The position numbers and the translations under genes were made by a program. Below the pieces are notes generated by a model that was not told the origin of the DNA, ran no database searches, and was given only the letters and a program-made list of their open reading frames with translations. A stretch of DNA of 35,581 bases from Comamonas sp. (GTDB lineage Bacteria > Pseudomonadota > Gammaproteobacteria > Burkholderiales > Burkholderiaceae_C): contig JBJEZV010000193.1 of assembly GCA_051887595.1 (NCBI GenBank), positions 1 to 35,581 on the forward strand, written 5' to 3'. The first letter of the stretch is position 1. The number at the start of each line of letters is the position of its first letter. Positions 8,141 to 17,489 of this stretch are shown piece by piece.

Positions 8141-10732
8141 ATGTTGAAAGCCTACCGTGACCATGTAGCCGAGCGTGCTGCACTGGGCATCCCACCCTTG
8201 CCCCTGGACGCCAAGCAAACGGCCGAGCTGATTGAGCTGATCAAGAACCCTCCTGCTGGTGAAGATGCCTTTTTGCTCGATTTGTTGACCCACCGTGTGC
8301 CTCCCGGGGTGGACGATGCTGCCAAGGTCAAGGCTTCGTTCCTGGCGGCTGTGGCACACGGCGAGCTGAATGTGGCACTCATCTCCAAGGCCAAGGCCAC
8401 GGAGCTGCTGGGCACCATGGTGGGTGGCTACAACGTGCATCCGCTGATCGAGTTGCTCGATGACGCCGAAGTGGCAGGCGTGGCCGCTGAAGCGCTGAAG
8501 AAGACACTGTTGATGTTTGACTTCTTCAACGACGTGGCCGACAAAGCCAAGGCTGGCAATGCCAAGGCCAAGGAAGTGATGCAAAGCTGGGCGGATGCCG
8601 AGTGGTTCACGTCGCGTCCCAAGGTGCCAGAAAAGATCACCGTGACCGTGTTCAAGGTGCCTGGTGAAACCAACACCGACGACCTGTCGCCCGCGCCCGA
8701 TGCCTGGAGCCGTCCTGACATCCCGCTGCACTATCTGGCGATGCTTAAGAACACCCGTCCTGATGCGGCGTTCAAGCCTGAAGAAGACGGCAAGCGCGGC
8801 CCTATCCAGTTCATCGAAGACCTGAAGAAAAAGGGCCACACCGTGGCCTACGTGGGCGATGTGGTGGGCACTGGTTCTTCGCGCAAGTCGGCCACTAACT
8901 CGGTGATCTGGGCTACAGGCCAGGACATCCCTTTTGTGCCTAACAAGCGCTTTGGTGGCGTTACGCTGGGCGGCAAGATTGCCCCTATCTTCTTTAACAC
9001 CCAAGAAGACTCGGGTTCGCTGCCCATCGAAGTGGACGTATCCAAGCTCGAAATGGGTGATGTGATCGACGTCATGCCCTATGACGGCAAGATCCTCAAG
9101 AACGGCGAGGTTGCTGCTGAGTTCCAACTCAAGAGCGATGTGCTGCTGGATGAAGTGCAAGCCGGTGGCCGTATCAATCTGATCATTGGCCGCTCGCTGA
9201 CGGCCAAGGCCCGTGAATTCTTGGGTCTGCCTGCATCGACCGCGTTCCGTCTGCCCCAGTCGCCTGCAGCGTCGAAGGCCGGCTTTACGCTGGCCCAAAA
9301 GATGGTGGGCCGTGCTGTGGGCTTGCCAGAAGGTCAGGGCGTGCGTCCCGGTACTTACTGCGAGCCTCGCATGACCACTGTGGGTTCGCAAGACACCACT
9401 GGCCCCATGACCCGTGACGAGTTGAAGGACCTGGCTTGCCTGGGCTTCTCGGCGGACTTGGTGATGCAGTCGTTCTGCCACACCGCAGCCTATCCCAAGC
9501 CAGTGGACGTCAAGACCCACCGCGAGCTGCCTGCGTTTATCTCCAACCGCGGCGGCGTGGCCTTGCGTCCTGGCGACGGCGTGATCCACAGCTGGCTCAA
9601 CCGCCTGCTGTTGCCTGATACCGTTGGTACCGGTGGTGACTCGCACACCCGTTTCCCTATCGGTATTTCCTTCCCCGCAGGTTCCGGTCTGGTGGCCTTC
9701 GGCGCAGCAACTGGCGTGATGCCTCTGGACATGCCTGAGTCCGTACTGGTGCGCTTCAAGGGCGAACTGCAGCCCGGCGTGACACTGCGCGATCTGGTGC
9801 ACGCCATTCCGCTGTATGCCATCAAGCAAGGCCTGCTGACCGTGGCCAAAGCTGGTAAGAAAAACATCTTCTCGGGCAAGATCCTTGAAATCGAAGGTCT
9901 GCCAGATCTGAAGGTGGAGCAAGCGTTTGAGCTGTCGGATGCCTCCGCTGAGCGCTCCGCTGCTGGCTGCACGATCAAGCTCAATCCTGAGCCCATCAAG
10001 GAATACCTGACATCGAACATCGTTCTGATGAAGAACATGATCGCTGACGGTTACCAAGACGCCAAGACCCTGCAGCGCCGTATCGAAAAGGTCGAAGCCT
10101 GGTTGGCCAAGCCTGAGCTGCTGGAAGCCGACAAGGACGCCGAGTACGCAGCCGTCATCGAAATCGATCTGGCCGACATCAAGGAACCTATCGTTTGCTG
10201 CCCTAACGATCCTGATGATGCCAAGTTCCTGTCTGAAGTGGCGGGCACCAAGATCGATGAAGCCTTCATCGGTTCGTGCATGACCAACATTGGCCACTTC
10301 CGTGCAGCTGCCAAGCTGCTGGGCGGCCAGCGCGACATCCCCGTGAAGCTGTGGGTGGCGCCTCCCACCAAGATGGACCAAAACGAGCTGATCAAGGAAG
10401 GCCACTACGCTGCCTTCGGCACGGCCGGTGCTCGTACCGAAATGCCTGGCTGCTCGCTGTGCATGGGCAACCAAGCCCAAGTGCGCGAAGGTGCGACCGT
10501 GATCTCGACGTCGACCCGTAACTTCCCCAACCGTTTGGGCAAGAACACCAATGTGTTCTTGGGCTCGGCCGAGTTGTCCGCCATTGCCTCGCGTCTGGGT
10601 TACCTGCCGACCAAGGAAGAGTATCTGAAGGAAATGGGCGTGATCGATGCCGACAAGGCTTCTGTGTACCGCTACATGAACTTCGACCAGATCGACGAGT
10701 ACGCTGAAGTGGCCAAGGGCGTAAGCGCCTAA
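8141..10732 (+). CDS. acnB: Aconitate hydratase B (bifunctional aconitase / 2-methylisocitrate dehydratase)
   Basis: 863 aa with N-terminal [47 protein letters not shown] and [12 protein letters not shown]. Confidence 0.98.
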   Translation: MLKAYRDHVAERAALGIPPLPLDAKQTAELIELIKNPPAGEDAFLLDLLTHRVPPGVDDAAKVKASFLAAVAHGELNVALISKAKATELLGTMVGGYNVHPLIELLDDAEVAGVAAEALKKTLLMFDFFNDVADKAKAGNAKAKEVMQSWADAEWFTSRPKVPEKITVTVFKVPGETNTDDLSPAPDAWSRPDIPLHYLAMLKNTRPDAAFKPEEDGKRGPIQFIEDLKKKGHTVAYVGDVVGTGSSRKSATNSVIWATGQDIPFVPNKRFGGVTLGGKIAPIFFNTQEDSGSLPIEVDVSKLEMGDVIDVMPYDGKILKNGEVAAEFQLKSDVLLDEVQAGGRINLIIGRSLTAKAREFLGLPASTAFRLPQSPAASKAGFTLAQKMVGRAVGLPEGQGVRPGTYCEPRMTTVGSQDTTGPMTRDELKDLACLGFSADLVMQSFCHTAAYPKPVDVKTHRELPAFISNRGGVALRPGDGVIHSWLNRLLLPDTVGTGGDSHTRFPIGISFPAGSGLVAFGAATGVMPLDMPESVLVRFKGELQPGVTLRDLVHAIPLYAIKQGLLTVAKAGKKNIFSGKILEIEGLPDLKVEQAFELSDASAERSAAGCTIKLNPEPIKEYLTSNIVLMKNMIADGYQDAKTLQRRIEKVEAWLAKPELLEADKDAEYAAVIEIDLADIKEPIVCCPNDPDDAKFLSEVAGTKIDEAFIGSCMTNIGHFRAAAKLLGGQRDIPVKLWVAPPTKMDQNELIKEGHYAAFGTAGARTEMPGCSLCMGNQAQVREGATVISTSTRNFPNRLGKNTNVFLGSAELSAIASRLGYLPTKEEYLKEMGVIDADKASVYRYMNFDQIDEYAEVAKGVSA

Positions 10733-10776
10733 GCTTGGAAGCGTTGAGCGACAGCCATAAGCCATTGGCTGTCCCC

Positions 10777-10808
10777 ACAAACCCGCCCTTGAGGCGGGTT
10801 TGTTTTTT
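10777..10808 (+). terminator. Intrinsic terminator of acnB
   Basis: ACAAACCCGCC-CTTGA-GGCGGGTTTGT followed by a T run; preceded by a second hairpin GACAGCCA...TGGCTGTC (10750-10773). Confidence 0.88.
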
Positions 10809-10852
10809 GCTACGCTACACAGCAAATGTTTAGTACCGTTGATGTGGTAAAT

Positions 10853-10932
10853 ATAGCTATAAGCCTTTGATTGGTAAGGTTCTTGAAGGATTTAGTATTG
10901 CAAAATGGCTTGTAATCAAGGCTACTAGCTCT
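10853..10932. repeat. 80-bp imperfect palindromic element, copy A (most decayed interior)
   Basis: ATAGCTATAAGCCTTTGATT...AATCAAGGCTACTAGCTCT; GCCT at positions 11-14 and AGGC at 67-70, as in the other copies. Confidence 0.65.
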
Positions 10933-11032
10933 TATTTTTAAGTTGGTTAGTTCTTTATCTTTACCTTACCTCCACGACATCTCCAGTTGAATTGGGCGTC
11001 GACGGCCAACACACCAACAGAAAGGGACGGCA

Positions 11033-11500
11033 ATGGATTCATCGGCAGAGCCAGACTGGGAGCACCTGGAGCGCGCCTTCACCTACCGTTTGCACAAGCT
11101 CAGCAAACTGACGGAGCGGCAAACGCAAAAAGGTTTTGAGCAAGAGTCTGGCTTGCCCGCGCATGAGGCCCGCTGCCTCACTGCCATTGGCAGCTACGCA
11201 CCGCTATCCGTCGTCGATCTCGCGCAGTGCGCTAATTTAGATAAAGCCCAAGCCAGCCGCGCCGCACAGGCGTTGATGCAAAAAGGCTTGGTCAGCAAAA
11301 AAGTCAGTCCCCATGACAAGCGCGTATTGGTGCTCAACCTGACTGAGGCAGGCATCCCCATCTGGCAAAAAACCATGCGCTTTGTCACGCATCGCAACCA
11401 AGTCATCACGCGCGTACTCACGCCAGAGCAAAAGCAGATGTTCAGCGACATGCTGGACTTGCTGATTGAAGACGCCGCGAAGCAGCCACCGGCGGCGTGA
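11033..11500 (+). CDS. MarR-family transcriptional regulator
   Basis: LSVVDLAQCANLDKAQASRAAQALMQKGLV...DKRVLVLNLTEAG winged-helix MarR pattern. Confidence 0.92.
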   Translation: MDSSAEPDWEHLERAFTYRLHKLSKLTERQTQKGFEQESGLPAHEARCLTAIGSYAPLSVVDLAQCANLDKAQASRAAQALMQKGLVSKKVSPHDKRVLVLNLTEAGIPIWQKTMRFVTHRNQVITRVLTPEQKQMFSDMLDLLIEDAAKQPPAA

Positions 11501-11522
11501 AGGGCAGGGCGCTCTGCGCGTT

Positions 11523-12326
11523 TTAACGCACGAGGCGTAACGGCCGATCTTGGGCCAGCACTCCTACCATGAAGAATGGCAGGCGGTCGTATGCATATTT
11601 GGCGCAGGCGCGTTTGCGGAATGTCACTACGGTGGCATCGCCAACTTCTAGGATTTCAGCCAGCTCTGCCACTGTCAGGCCCAGCAAGGACAGCGCCACA
11701 CATGCGTGCTCCCGACCGGATAAGCGGGGGTAGCTGGTGCTTAGTCGTTCGTGCAGCTGCTGCAAGGTGGACGAAGACAACTGTGGCTGCAGACGCAGCG
11801 CGCGATGCATCCAAAAGCTCGGGGGTGGTTGTTGTGTCGTATTTGGGCAGCGCTGGTTATAACGCAGCAGCGCTGCCAGCGTGACCTGACCAAAGACCTG
11901 CCAGTCGCCAAGCGACTGCCGCTTGAGAGGCTCTGCCCTGTAAAAGCTGATCACCAGGTACCCATGCCCCAAAACGGTGGAAAAGCTGATTTTTTCGTGA
12001 AAGCCCGGTACATCGAAGCAGCACTGGCGATACCGCTGGGCTGCAATATCGCCAAGGTGCGTATGGATGAAATGGATGTGGTGGCTGATTTTTGGAAGGA
12101 TCGGGTCTAGGGCCGCAAATTCTTCGCAATAGGCCTGAACGCGCTCTTGCACCCCCATTTTGTAGCTAGCGCTGATGAGGGGATGCACCTGCTGCTGGTC
12201 GCAGATGCGATAGCCAAAGATCTCCTGCACGCCATCAAAAGCGTGCGCTTGAGCCAAGATGCTGTCAGCAAAACCGTCCTTACTGGCTGCATCCAGGATT
12301 TCGTAGCAGGTAATGGGATCTAGCAT
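11523..12326 (-). CDS. LuxR-type (C-terminal HTH) transcriptional regulator with an uncharacterised N-terminal sensor domain
   Basis: LSGREHACVALSLLGLTVAELAEILEVGDATVVTFRKRACAK matches the LuxR/GerE HTH; no receiver-domain motifs at the N-terminus. Confidence 0.75.
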   Translation of the reverse strand: MLDPITCYEILDAASKDGFADSILAQAHAFDGVQEIFGYRICDQQQVHPLISASYKMGVQERVQAYCEEFAALDPILPKISHHIHFIHTHLGDIAAQRYRQCCFDVPGFHEKISFSTVLGHGYLVISFYRAEPLKRQSLGDWQVFGQVTLAALLRYNQRCPNTTQQPPPSFWMHRALRLQPQLSSSTLQQLHERLSTSYPRLSGREHACVALSLLGLTVAELAEILEVGDATVVTFRKRACAKYAYDRLPFFMVGVLAQDRPLRLVR

Positions 12327-12364
12327 GGCGGTTGATCACACACTCGCTGCAATTTGACACAGCT

Positions 12365-12553
12365 TCATGGTCGAGACAATGCCAGCGCCTGTGCCACGAC
12401 CTCACGGTTGCCGATGTGGTTGCTCAACAGCAAGCTCAGCTTGAACAACAGTTTGAGGCTGTCTTCGGTACTTAGCCCCTCGTGAGCTTGTAGTAATTGC
12501 TCGTACAGTTCGTCGGGCTGGTCGATGTTGGGGTGCAAATGGAGCTGGCTCAT
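12365..12553 (-). CDS. Small DUF2783-like protein (MhaB-like monooxygenase partner)
   Basis: 62 aa, PNIDQPDELYEQLLQAHEGLS...LLLSNHIG; starts 1 bp after the monooxygenase stop. Confidence 0.8.
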   Translation of the reverse strand: MSQLHLHPNIDQPDELYEQLLQAHEGLSTEDSLKLLFKLSLLLSNHIGNREVVAQALALSRP

Positions 12554-12554
12554 A

Positions 12555-14171
12555 TCACTGTCCTTGCAGCAGGTGGCGGATCAGATTTTGGATGTGCTCA
12601 GAGCTGTGCGGCTGCATCCAGCGTGCGGTAACGTACTGATCGGGGCGTATCAGGTAACCGTAGCCCGGCGCAAGTGCGTAGCGCTGCTGGAGCAATGGCA
12701 GATCGCCAGCGTAGCGCGGGTGGCTCAGATCCAGGCAACGCAGCAAATCGGTATCGTGCATGTCCTGCCAGCCGCAATGCAGCAATACAAACCCGTGCCC
12801 CAGTAGGTTGAGCAGCCAGTCGCCATCCAAGGGGGCGTCCAGTGCAACATGTCCGGGGGCAATGCCTTGACCGTGCCAGTCATCCTGATCGACCACATTC
12901 AGACGACTGTGGCGATAGGGCACTGCCGTGGACAGCCTTCCGGAGTTCACAAAAGGTCGTGCACAGGCGTGATCTTTGGCCAATTCCAGCACGGCGTCGC
13001 GCAAAGCTTTGCTCTGCACAGACTTAGGAGTGAGGAAGTTGGTGGAACGCGTCGAATTGAGCAGGTTTTCATCAGCGGTTTCAATCGCTTCGGTGTTGTA
13101 GGTGTCGATAAGACTGTGTGCGGCCTTCCCGCGCAGCAGCAAATCAAGTTTCCAGGCCAAGTTGTCTGCATCTGCCAGCCCGCCATTGCAACCCCGTGCA
13201 CCAAAGGGCGAGACCAAGTGGGCACTGTCACCAGCAAAGATAACCGGGCCATGCACGAACTCTCGCATGCGGCGGCATTGAAAGGTATAGATGCTGTACC
13301 ACTCTTCTTGGTAACGCACGCCATCACCCAACATGGCGCGCACGTACTTGTCGACATTGTCTTTTTCCAGTGCCTGTTGCTTGTCAATGTCCCAGCCCAG
13401 CTGGAAGTCCAGACGCCATACCCCATCAGGCTGCTTGTGCATCAGCGCAGACATGCCAGGGTTGAACGGTGGGTCAAACCAGAAGCGGCGTTTGTTTTCT
13501 GCTGGCTGATCGAGTTTGATATCGGCAATCAAGAAGTTCTCTTCAAACACGCGGCCTTCGAATTCCAAGTGCATCAGCGAACGTACGGTGGACTTATTGC
13601 CGTCACAAGCGATCAGCCATTCGGTGGCGTGTTCATAAGTCGATTGCGGTCCTTGCACTTGCAAGCGCACACCTTGCGTATCGGTGGCAATGCCTTGGAC
13701 GGAGTGGCCGAACCGGGCATCGATTAGGTCAAGATCGGCCATGGCTTCGAGCAGAATTTCTTCTAGGTAGTACTGCTGCAGGTTCACAAACCCCGGGTTT
13801 TGCTGCTGCTTGACAGGCAGCATGTCAAAGCAGTAGATGGGCTCGGGCTGGTCTTTCCAATACACCTCACCCATGTTCCATGTCACAGAGCGCTCGATAA
13901 TGGCTTGGGCTAAACCCAAACGCTGAAAAATATCCAAGCTGCGCTTGGAAAAACAAATGGCTTTAGATCCCTTTGGAATGAAGTCCCATTTGCTCAACAG
14001 CGTGACAGCGTGACCTTTTTGGGCAAGATCAATTGCCAATGTCATACCTACAGGTCCTGCACCCACAATGGTGACGCGCGCTTTTTGCTGAGGTCGATCA
14101 AAGCGTCGTGCGTCAATGTGCTTCCAAGCTGGTGCACTGTTTTTGCTAACGACCGGATCGATAGGACGCAT
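12555..14171 (-). CDS. FAD-dependent aromatic monooxygenase (MhpA/MhaA-like, class A flavoprotein hydroxylase)
   Basis: GAGPVG, ACDG and FAGDSAHLVSPFGARGCNGG fingerprints; C-terminal LIRPDQYV domain; strong AAGGAG RBS before ATG 14171. Confidence 0.9.
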   Translation of the reverse strand: MRPIDPVVSKNSAPAWKHIDARRFDRPQQKARVTIVGAGPVGMTLAIDLAQKGHAVTLLSKWDFIPKGSKAICFSKRSLDIFQRLGLAQAIIERSVTWNMGEVYWKDQPEPIYCFDMLPVKQQQNPGFVNLQQYYLEEILLEAMADLDLIDARFGHSVQGIATDTQGVRLQVQGPQSTYEHATEWLIACDGNKSTVRSLMHLEFEGRVFEENFLIADIKLDQPAENKRRFWFDPPFNPGMSALMHKQPDGVWRLDFQLGWDIDKQQALEKDNVDKYVRAMLGDGVRYQEEWYSIYTFQCRRMREFVHGPVIFAGDSAHLVSPFGARGCNGGLADADNLAWKLDLLLRGKAAHSLIDTYNTEAIETADENLLNSTRSTNFLTPKSVQSKALRDAVLELAKDHACARPFVNSGRLSTAVPYRHSRLNVVDQDDWHGQGIAPGHVALDAPLDGDWLLNLLGHGFVLLHCGWQDMHDTDLLRCLDLSHPRYAGDLPLLQQRYALAPGYGYLIRPDQYVTARWMQPHSSEHIQNLIRHLLQGQ

Positions 14172-14335
14172 GCTGTCTCCTTGATTTTTTCTTAGGCCAT
14201 CGGGTCCTGCTGTCCCATGGCGTGTGTCCATTATGGAAGTGGAGCATCCTAAGTGTTGTCCCCGAAAACAGGGATGCTTTATTTTGTATTGTGAAAATTT
14301 GGAGGTTTCCTATGGGCTAACCCTTGGAATGCAGC

Positions 14336-14355
14336 AGGCCCGCCGAAGCGGGCCT
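14336..14355 (-). other. Stable cUUCGg hairpin between bug and the monooxygenase gene
   Basis: Minus strand reads AGGCCCGC-TTCG-GCGGGCCT; no U tract follows on the coding strand. Confidence 0.7.
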
Positions 14356-14377
14356 TTAGTGCGGAGCTGTTGGAGGA

Positions 14378-15352
14378 TCAGTTGCTGTCCGCTTTGATGC
14401 CGCGGCTACGGATCAGCTGACCCCAGAAAGCATGCTGCTCTTTCACGTAGCTATCCATCTCGGCAGGGCCGCTGCTGATAGGCTCCATACCAATTTCAGC
14501 CAGTTTGCTCTGTACTTCGGGTTGCCCCACAGCTTTGGCCAGTTCTTGAGACAACTTTTTCACGATGGGTTCTGGTGTACCTTTGGGTGCGACCATGCCT
14601 TGCCAAGCGTAAATGCCGATGGGGGACAGCCCCAGCTCTTTGAGTGTTGGGACATCAGGCAACTGTGCCATGCGTTGCTCGGAAGTGACCGCCAACGGCG
14701 TGATCTTGCCCTCCTTGATAAAAGGCAGGGCGATATTGGCAGAGAGCACGGCCGAAGGAATCTGGCGACCATAGAGATCCTGAATGGCTGGTGCATCGCC
14801 CTTGTACGGAATATGCTGGGCCGCGGCGCCGCTACTGGAGAGCACCACTTCCATCGCCATGTGGTGGGGTGTGCCTACACCCGGCGTGGCAAAACCGAAA
14901 TTCTTGGTGGCTAGCAGATCCTTGAGCGTCTTGATATTGCTTTCTGGGTGGGTGGCGATCACGGCAGGAAAGCGTGCCATCATGCCCAAGCTAACAAAGT
15001 CATTGAGCGCGTCATAACGCACCTTGGAATAAATCGACGGGTTGAGCGCCAAGATTGAAATGTCTGCCGTTAACACCGTATACCCATCGGGTGCGGAGCG
15101 GGCTACTGCTTCTGCGGCGATCATCCCGCCAGCACCAGGGCGGTTTTCCACGATCACCTGTTCCTTGAGCTGCTGGCTCAAAGGCGCAGCAATGGTGCGC
15201 GCCAGCACATCAGTACCACCGCCTGGCGAGAAGCCTAATATCCAGCGAATAGGTTTGCTGGGATAGTTCTGCGCGAGCGCCGAAGATGCCAAAAATGCCG
15301 TGCCCAATGTGGCAGCAGCAACGCCAATCATCATTTTTTTCAGTAAAGCCAT
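14378..15352 (-). CDS. Bug/TctC tripartite tricarboxylate transporter substrate-binding protein
   Basis: Signal peptide, YPSKPIRWILGFSPGGGTDVLAR, VENRPGAGG, HIPYKG and PDVPT. Confidence 0.95.
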   Translation of the reverse strand: MALLKKMMIGVAAATLGTAFLASSALAQNYPSKPIRWILGFSPGGGTDVLARTIAAPLSQQLKEQVIVENRPGAGGMIAAEAVARSAPDGYTVLTADISILALNPSIYSKVRYDALNDFVSLGMMARFPAVIATHPESNIKTLKDLLATKNFGFATPGVGTPHHMAMEVVLSSSGAAAQHIPYKGDAPAIQDLYGRQIPSAVLSANIALPFIKEGKITPLAVTSEQRMAQLPDVPTLKELGLSPIGIYAWQGMVAPKGTPEPIVKKLSQELAKAVGQPEVQSKLAEIGMEPISSGPAEMDSYVKEQHAFWGQLIRSRGIKADSN

Positions 15353-15492
15353 GTTGTCTCCTTATGTTGTGTGGGAACGAAAGCGAACGGCTGAAAGTGA
15401 GGGCAATCTCCTGGAGTAGCAGGTGTTGAGAGAGATGTGTGGTGCGTAAAGTACGGCGATATGCCAAGAAAGGCATATCGCCGTACGTTGCT

Positions 15493-16452
15493 TTAACCTT
15501 CCAAGCTTTCCCACATCTGGCGGTCGCGCTCAGCGGTCCAAATGCGGGGATCGGCATATTGCGTGGCTTCGTCGTAGCAGCGCGTCACGTCAAAAGGCAT
15601 GCAGTGATCAAAGATCACCCAGTGACCGTACTTGGGTTGAAGCTGGGCGTAGGTTTCCTTGTAGACCGTGTTCAAGTCTTTGCCGGCACGCGCACCTGCG
15701 CTCACATGCGTCCAGACATCGGCAATGAATTCGCGCGTGCCTTGCAGGCCCTGGCGTACTGCTTCGGGGGTGGTCAGCGCTGCTCCACGGCCAGGCACCA
15801 GCACTTTGGGTTGCAAGGCTTCAACGTTTTGCAGGGTTTGCGGCCAGTCTTGGAAGTAGGCGTCGCCGGCGTAGGGCGTCGCTCCGAACTCCACCAGATC
15901 ACCAGACAGCAGGGCTTTCTCTTCGGGCAGCCAGACTACAGTGTCGCCCTTGGTATGACCCCGGCCCAGTTGCAGCAATTGCACTTCCAATTTGCCCAAC
16001 CACAGCGTCATCTTGCCCGTGAAAGTCATGGTGGGCCAGGTCAAACCTTCGGGAACTGTTTCGACGTTTTGGAACAGCCGGGGGAAACGTCCAATCTCAC
16101 TGGCTTTGTCAAACTCTCCGCGTTCGACGATGAGGTCGTAAGTGTCTTGGCTGGCGAGGATGTGCTGGGGCTGGTAGGCGCTGGCGCCCAGAACACGCAC
16201 AGCGTGGTAGTGCGTCAGCACCACGTATTGGATGGGCTTGTCTGTGACTTGGCGAATGCGCCGAATGACATCGGCAGCCATCGCCGGTGTGGCTTGGGTG
16301 TCAGCCACTAGAACGGCATCATCACCGATAACAATCCCTGTGTTGGGGTCGCCTTCAGCGGTATAAGCCCATACATGCTCAGAAATCTGCTCGAACGTGA
16401 CCTTCTTTTCTTGCAGATCGGCTTGGCTGGCAAAAGCTTTGGTTTGGCTCAT
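15493..16452 (-). CDS. MBL-fold metallo-protein with non-canonical HYHAVR motif
   Basis: PNTGIVIGDDAVLVADT, VVLTHYHAVR, GHTKGD, LLSGDL and VLVPGRG. Confidence 0.88.
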   Translation of the reverse strand: MSQTKAFASQADLQEKKVTFEQISEHVWAYTAEGDPNTGIVIGDDAVLVADTQATPAMAADVIRRIRQVTDKPIQYVVLTHYHAVRVLGASAYQPQHILASQDTYDLIVERGEFDKASEIGRFPRLFQNVETVPEGLTWPTMTFTGKMTLWLGKLEVQLLQLGRGHTKGDTVVWLPEEKALLSGDLVEFGATPYAGDAYFQDWPQTLQNVEALQPKVLVPGRGAALTTPEAVRQGLQGTREFIADVWTHVSAGARAGKDLNTVYKETYAQLQPKYGHWVIFDHCMPFDVTRCYDEATQYADPRIWTAERDRQMWESLEG

Positions 16453-16545
16453 GGATGATGCTCCCTGTTGCGATTGGTCGAATACATAAGGCTGTGAGCA
16501 GATGGCAACTGCTGCAGCTTTGTTTGTTAGGATATCTATGATTGG

Positions 16546-16578
16546 TTAGACAATATCTCTTATTAAGAATCTGTCTAA
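16546..16578. promoter_or_regulatory. Inverted repeat in the divergent mbl/iclR promoter region, candidate operator
   Basis: TTAGACA (16546-16552) ... TGTCTAA (16572-16578), with an inner TCTTATTAAGA, in an AT-rich spacer. Confidence 0.45.
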
Positions 16579-16603
16579 GATATTTGATAATGAGGAAAAC
16601 CCT

Positions 16604-17407
16604 ATGCATTCTTTAGAGACACCGGTCTCAGGTGCGGCCGAACGTACGCCGCGTGGCATTCAGTCGATTGAAATCGGCAGTGCCTTGCTGGTGGCTTTGG
16701 CGCAGAGCGTGAAGCCTCTGCCACTCAAAGAGCTTGCTAAAACTGCAGATATGGCACCGGGCAAAGCACATCCTTATTTGGTGAGCTTTTTGAAGGTCGG
16801 CTTTGTATCGCAGACTTTGCAAGGGCACTACGAATTGGGACCACTTGCGCTACAGCTGGGGCTAGCGAAGTTGCAACGTTTGGATCCCGTTAAAGAAGCA
16901 GCGCAAGAGATCGAAGGACTGGCCCAATGCACTGGTCACAGCGTGGCGCTGGCCGTATGGGGCAACTTAGGACCGACCATCGTGCGCCTGGAAGAACCAT
17001 TCCCGCCCATTCATGTGAATTTGCGAGTAGGAACAGTGATGTCGCTGGTCCATACCGCCATGGGACGGCTGTTTTCTGCTTATATGCCACCTAAGGCGAT
17101 TGAGCAATTGCGCGAGCGGGATATCGGCTTGTATGCGCGAGGCACGGCACCCTTCAGTGCTGAAACTTTTGAACAATCGCTGGCAGAAATTCGCAAACAC
17201 GGTTTATCGCGTACCGCAGGTGCGCCCATTCCAGGCATCAGCGCCTTATGCGCCCCAGTGTTTGATGCGCACGGACATATCGTTCTGGGCATCTTAATCA
17301 TGGGCCCGACCTCGGAGCTCGATGTCAGCTGGGACGGCACTGTCGCTCAGCAGTTGCATGCCAGCTCACAGGCTATTTCTAATCGAATTGGGCAGATTCG
17401 GCGCTGA
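16604..17407 (+). CDS. IclR-family transcriptional regulator
   Basis: GIQSIEIG...LKELAKTADMAPGKAHPYL HTH; TAMGRLF and PGISALCAPVFD in the IclR C-terminal domain. Confidence 0.95.
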   Translation: MHSLETPVSGAAERTPRGIQSIEIGSALLVALAQSVKPLPLKELAKTADMAPGKAHPYLVSFLKVGFVSQTLQGHYELGPLALQLGLAKLQRLDPVKEAAQEIEGLAQCTGHSVALAVWGNLGPTIVRLEEPFPPIHVNLRVGTVMSLVHTAMGRLFSAYMPPKAIEQLRERDIGLYARGTAPFSAETFEQSLAEIRKHGLSRTAGAPIPGISALCAPVFDAHGHIVLGILIMGPTSELDVSWDGTVAQQLHASSQAISNRIGQIRR

Positions 17408-17489
17408 GCGCATTTTGGTATCCAGAACTTGCAGGTCAGAAGTTTTCAAGTTCAGGGCGGTGAATATACGAGCGCTTCGCTAGACATGA

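Noticed and set aside
14301-14324. GGGCTAACCCT motif (similar to GGAAAACCCT at 16594-16603) as a regulator site
   Set aside because: Short and degenerate, and the second instance coincides with the iclR RBS; insufficient evidence.
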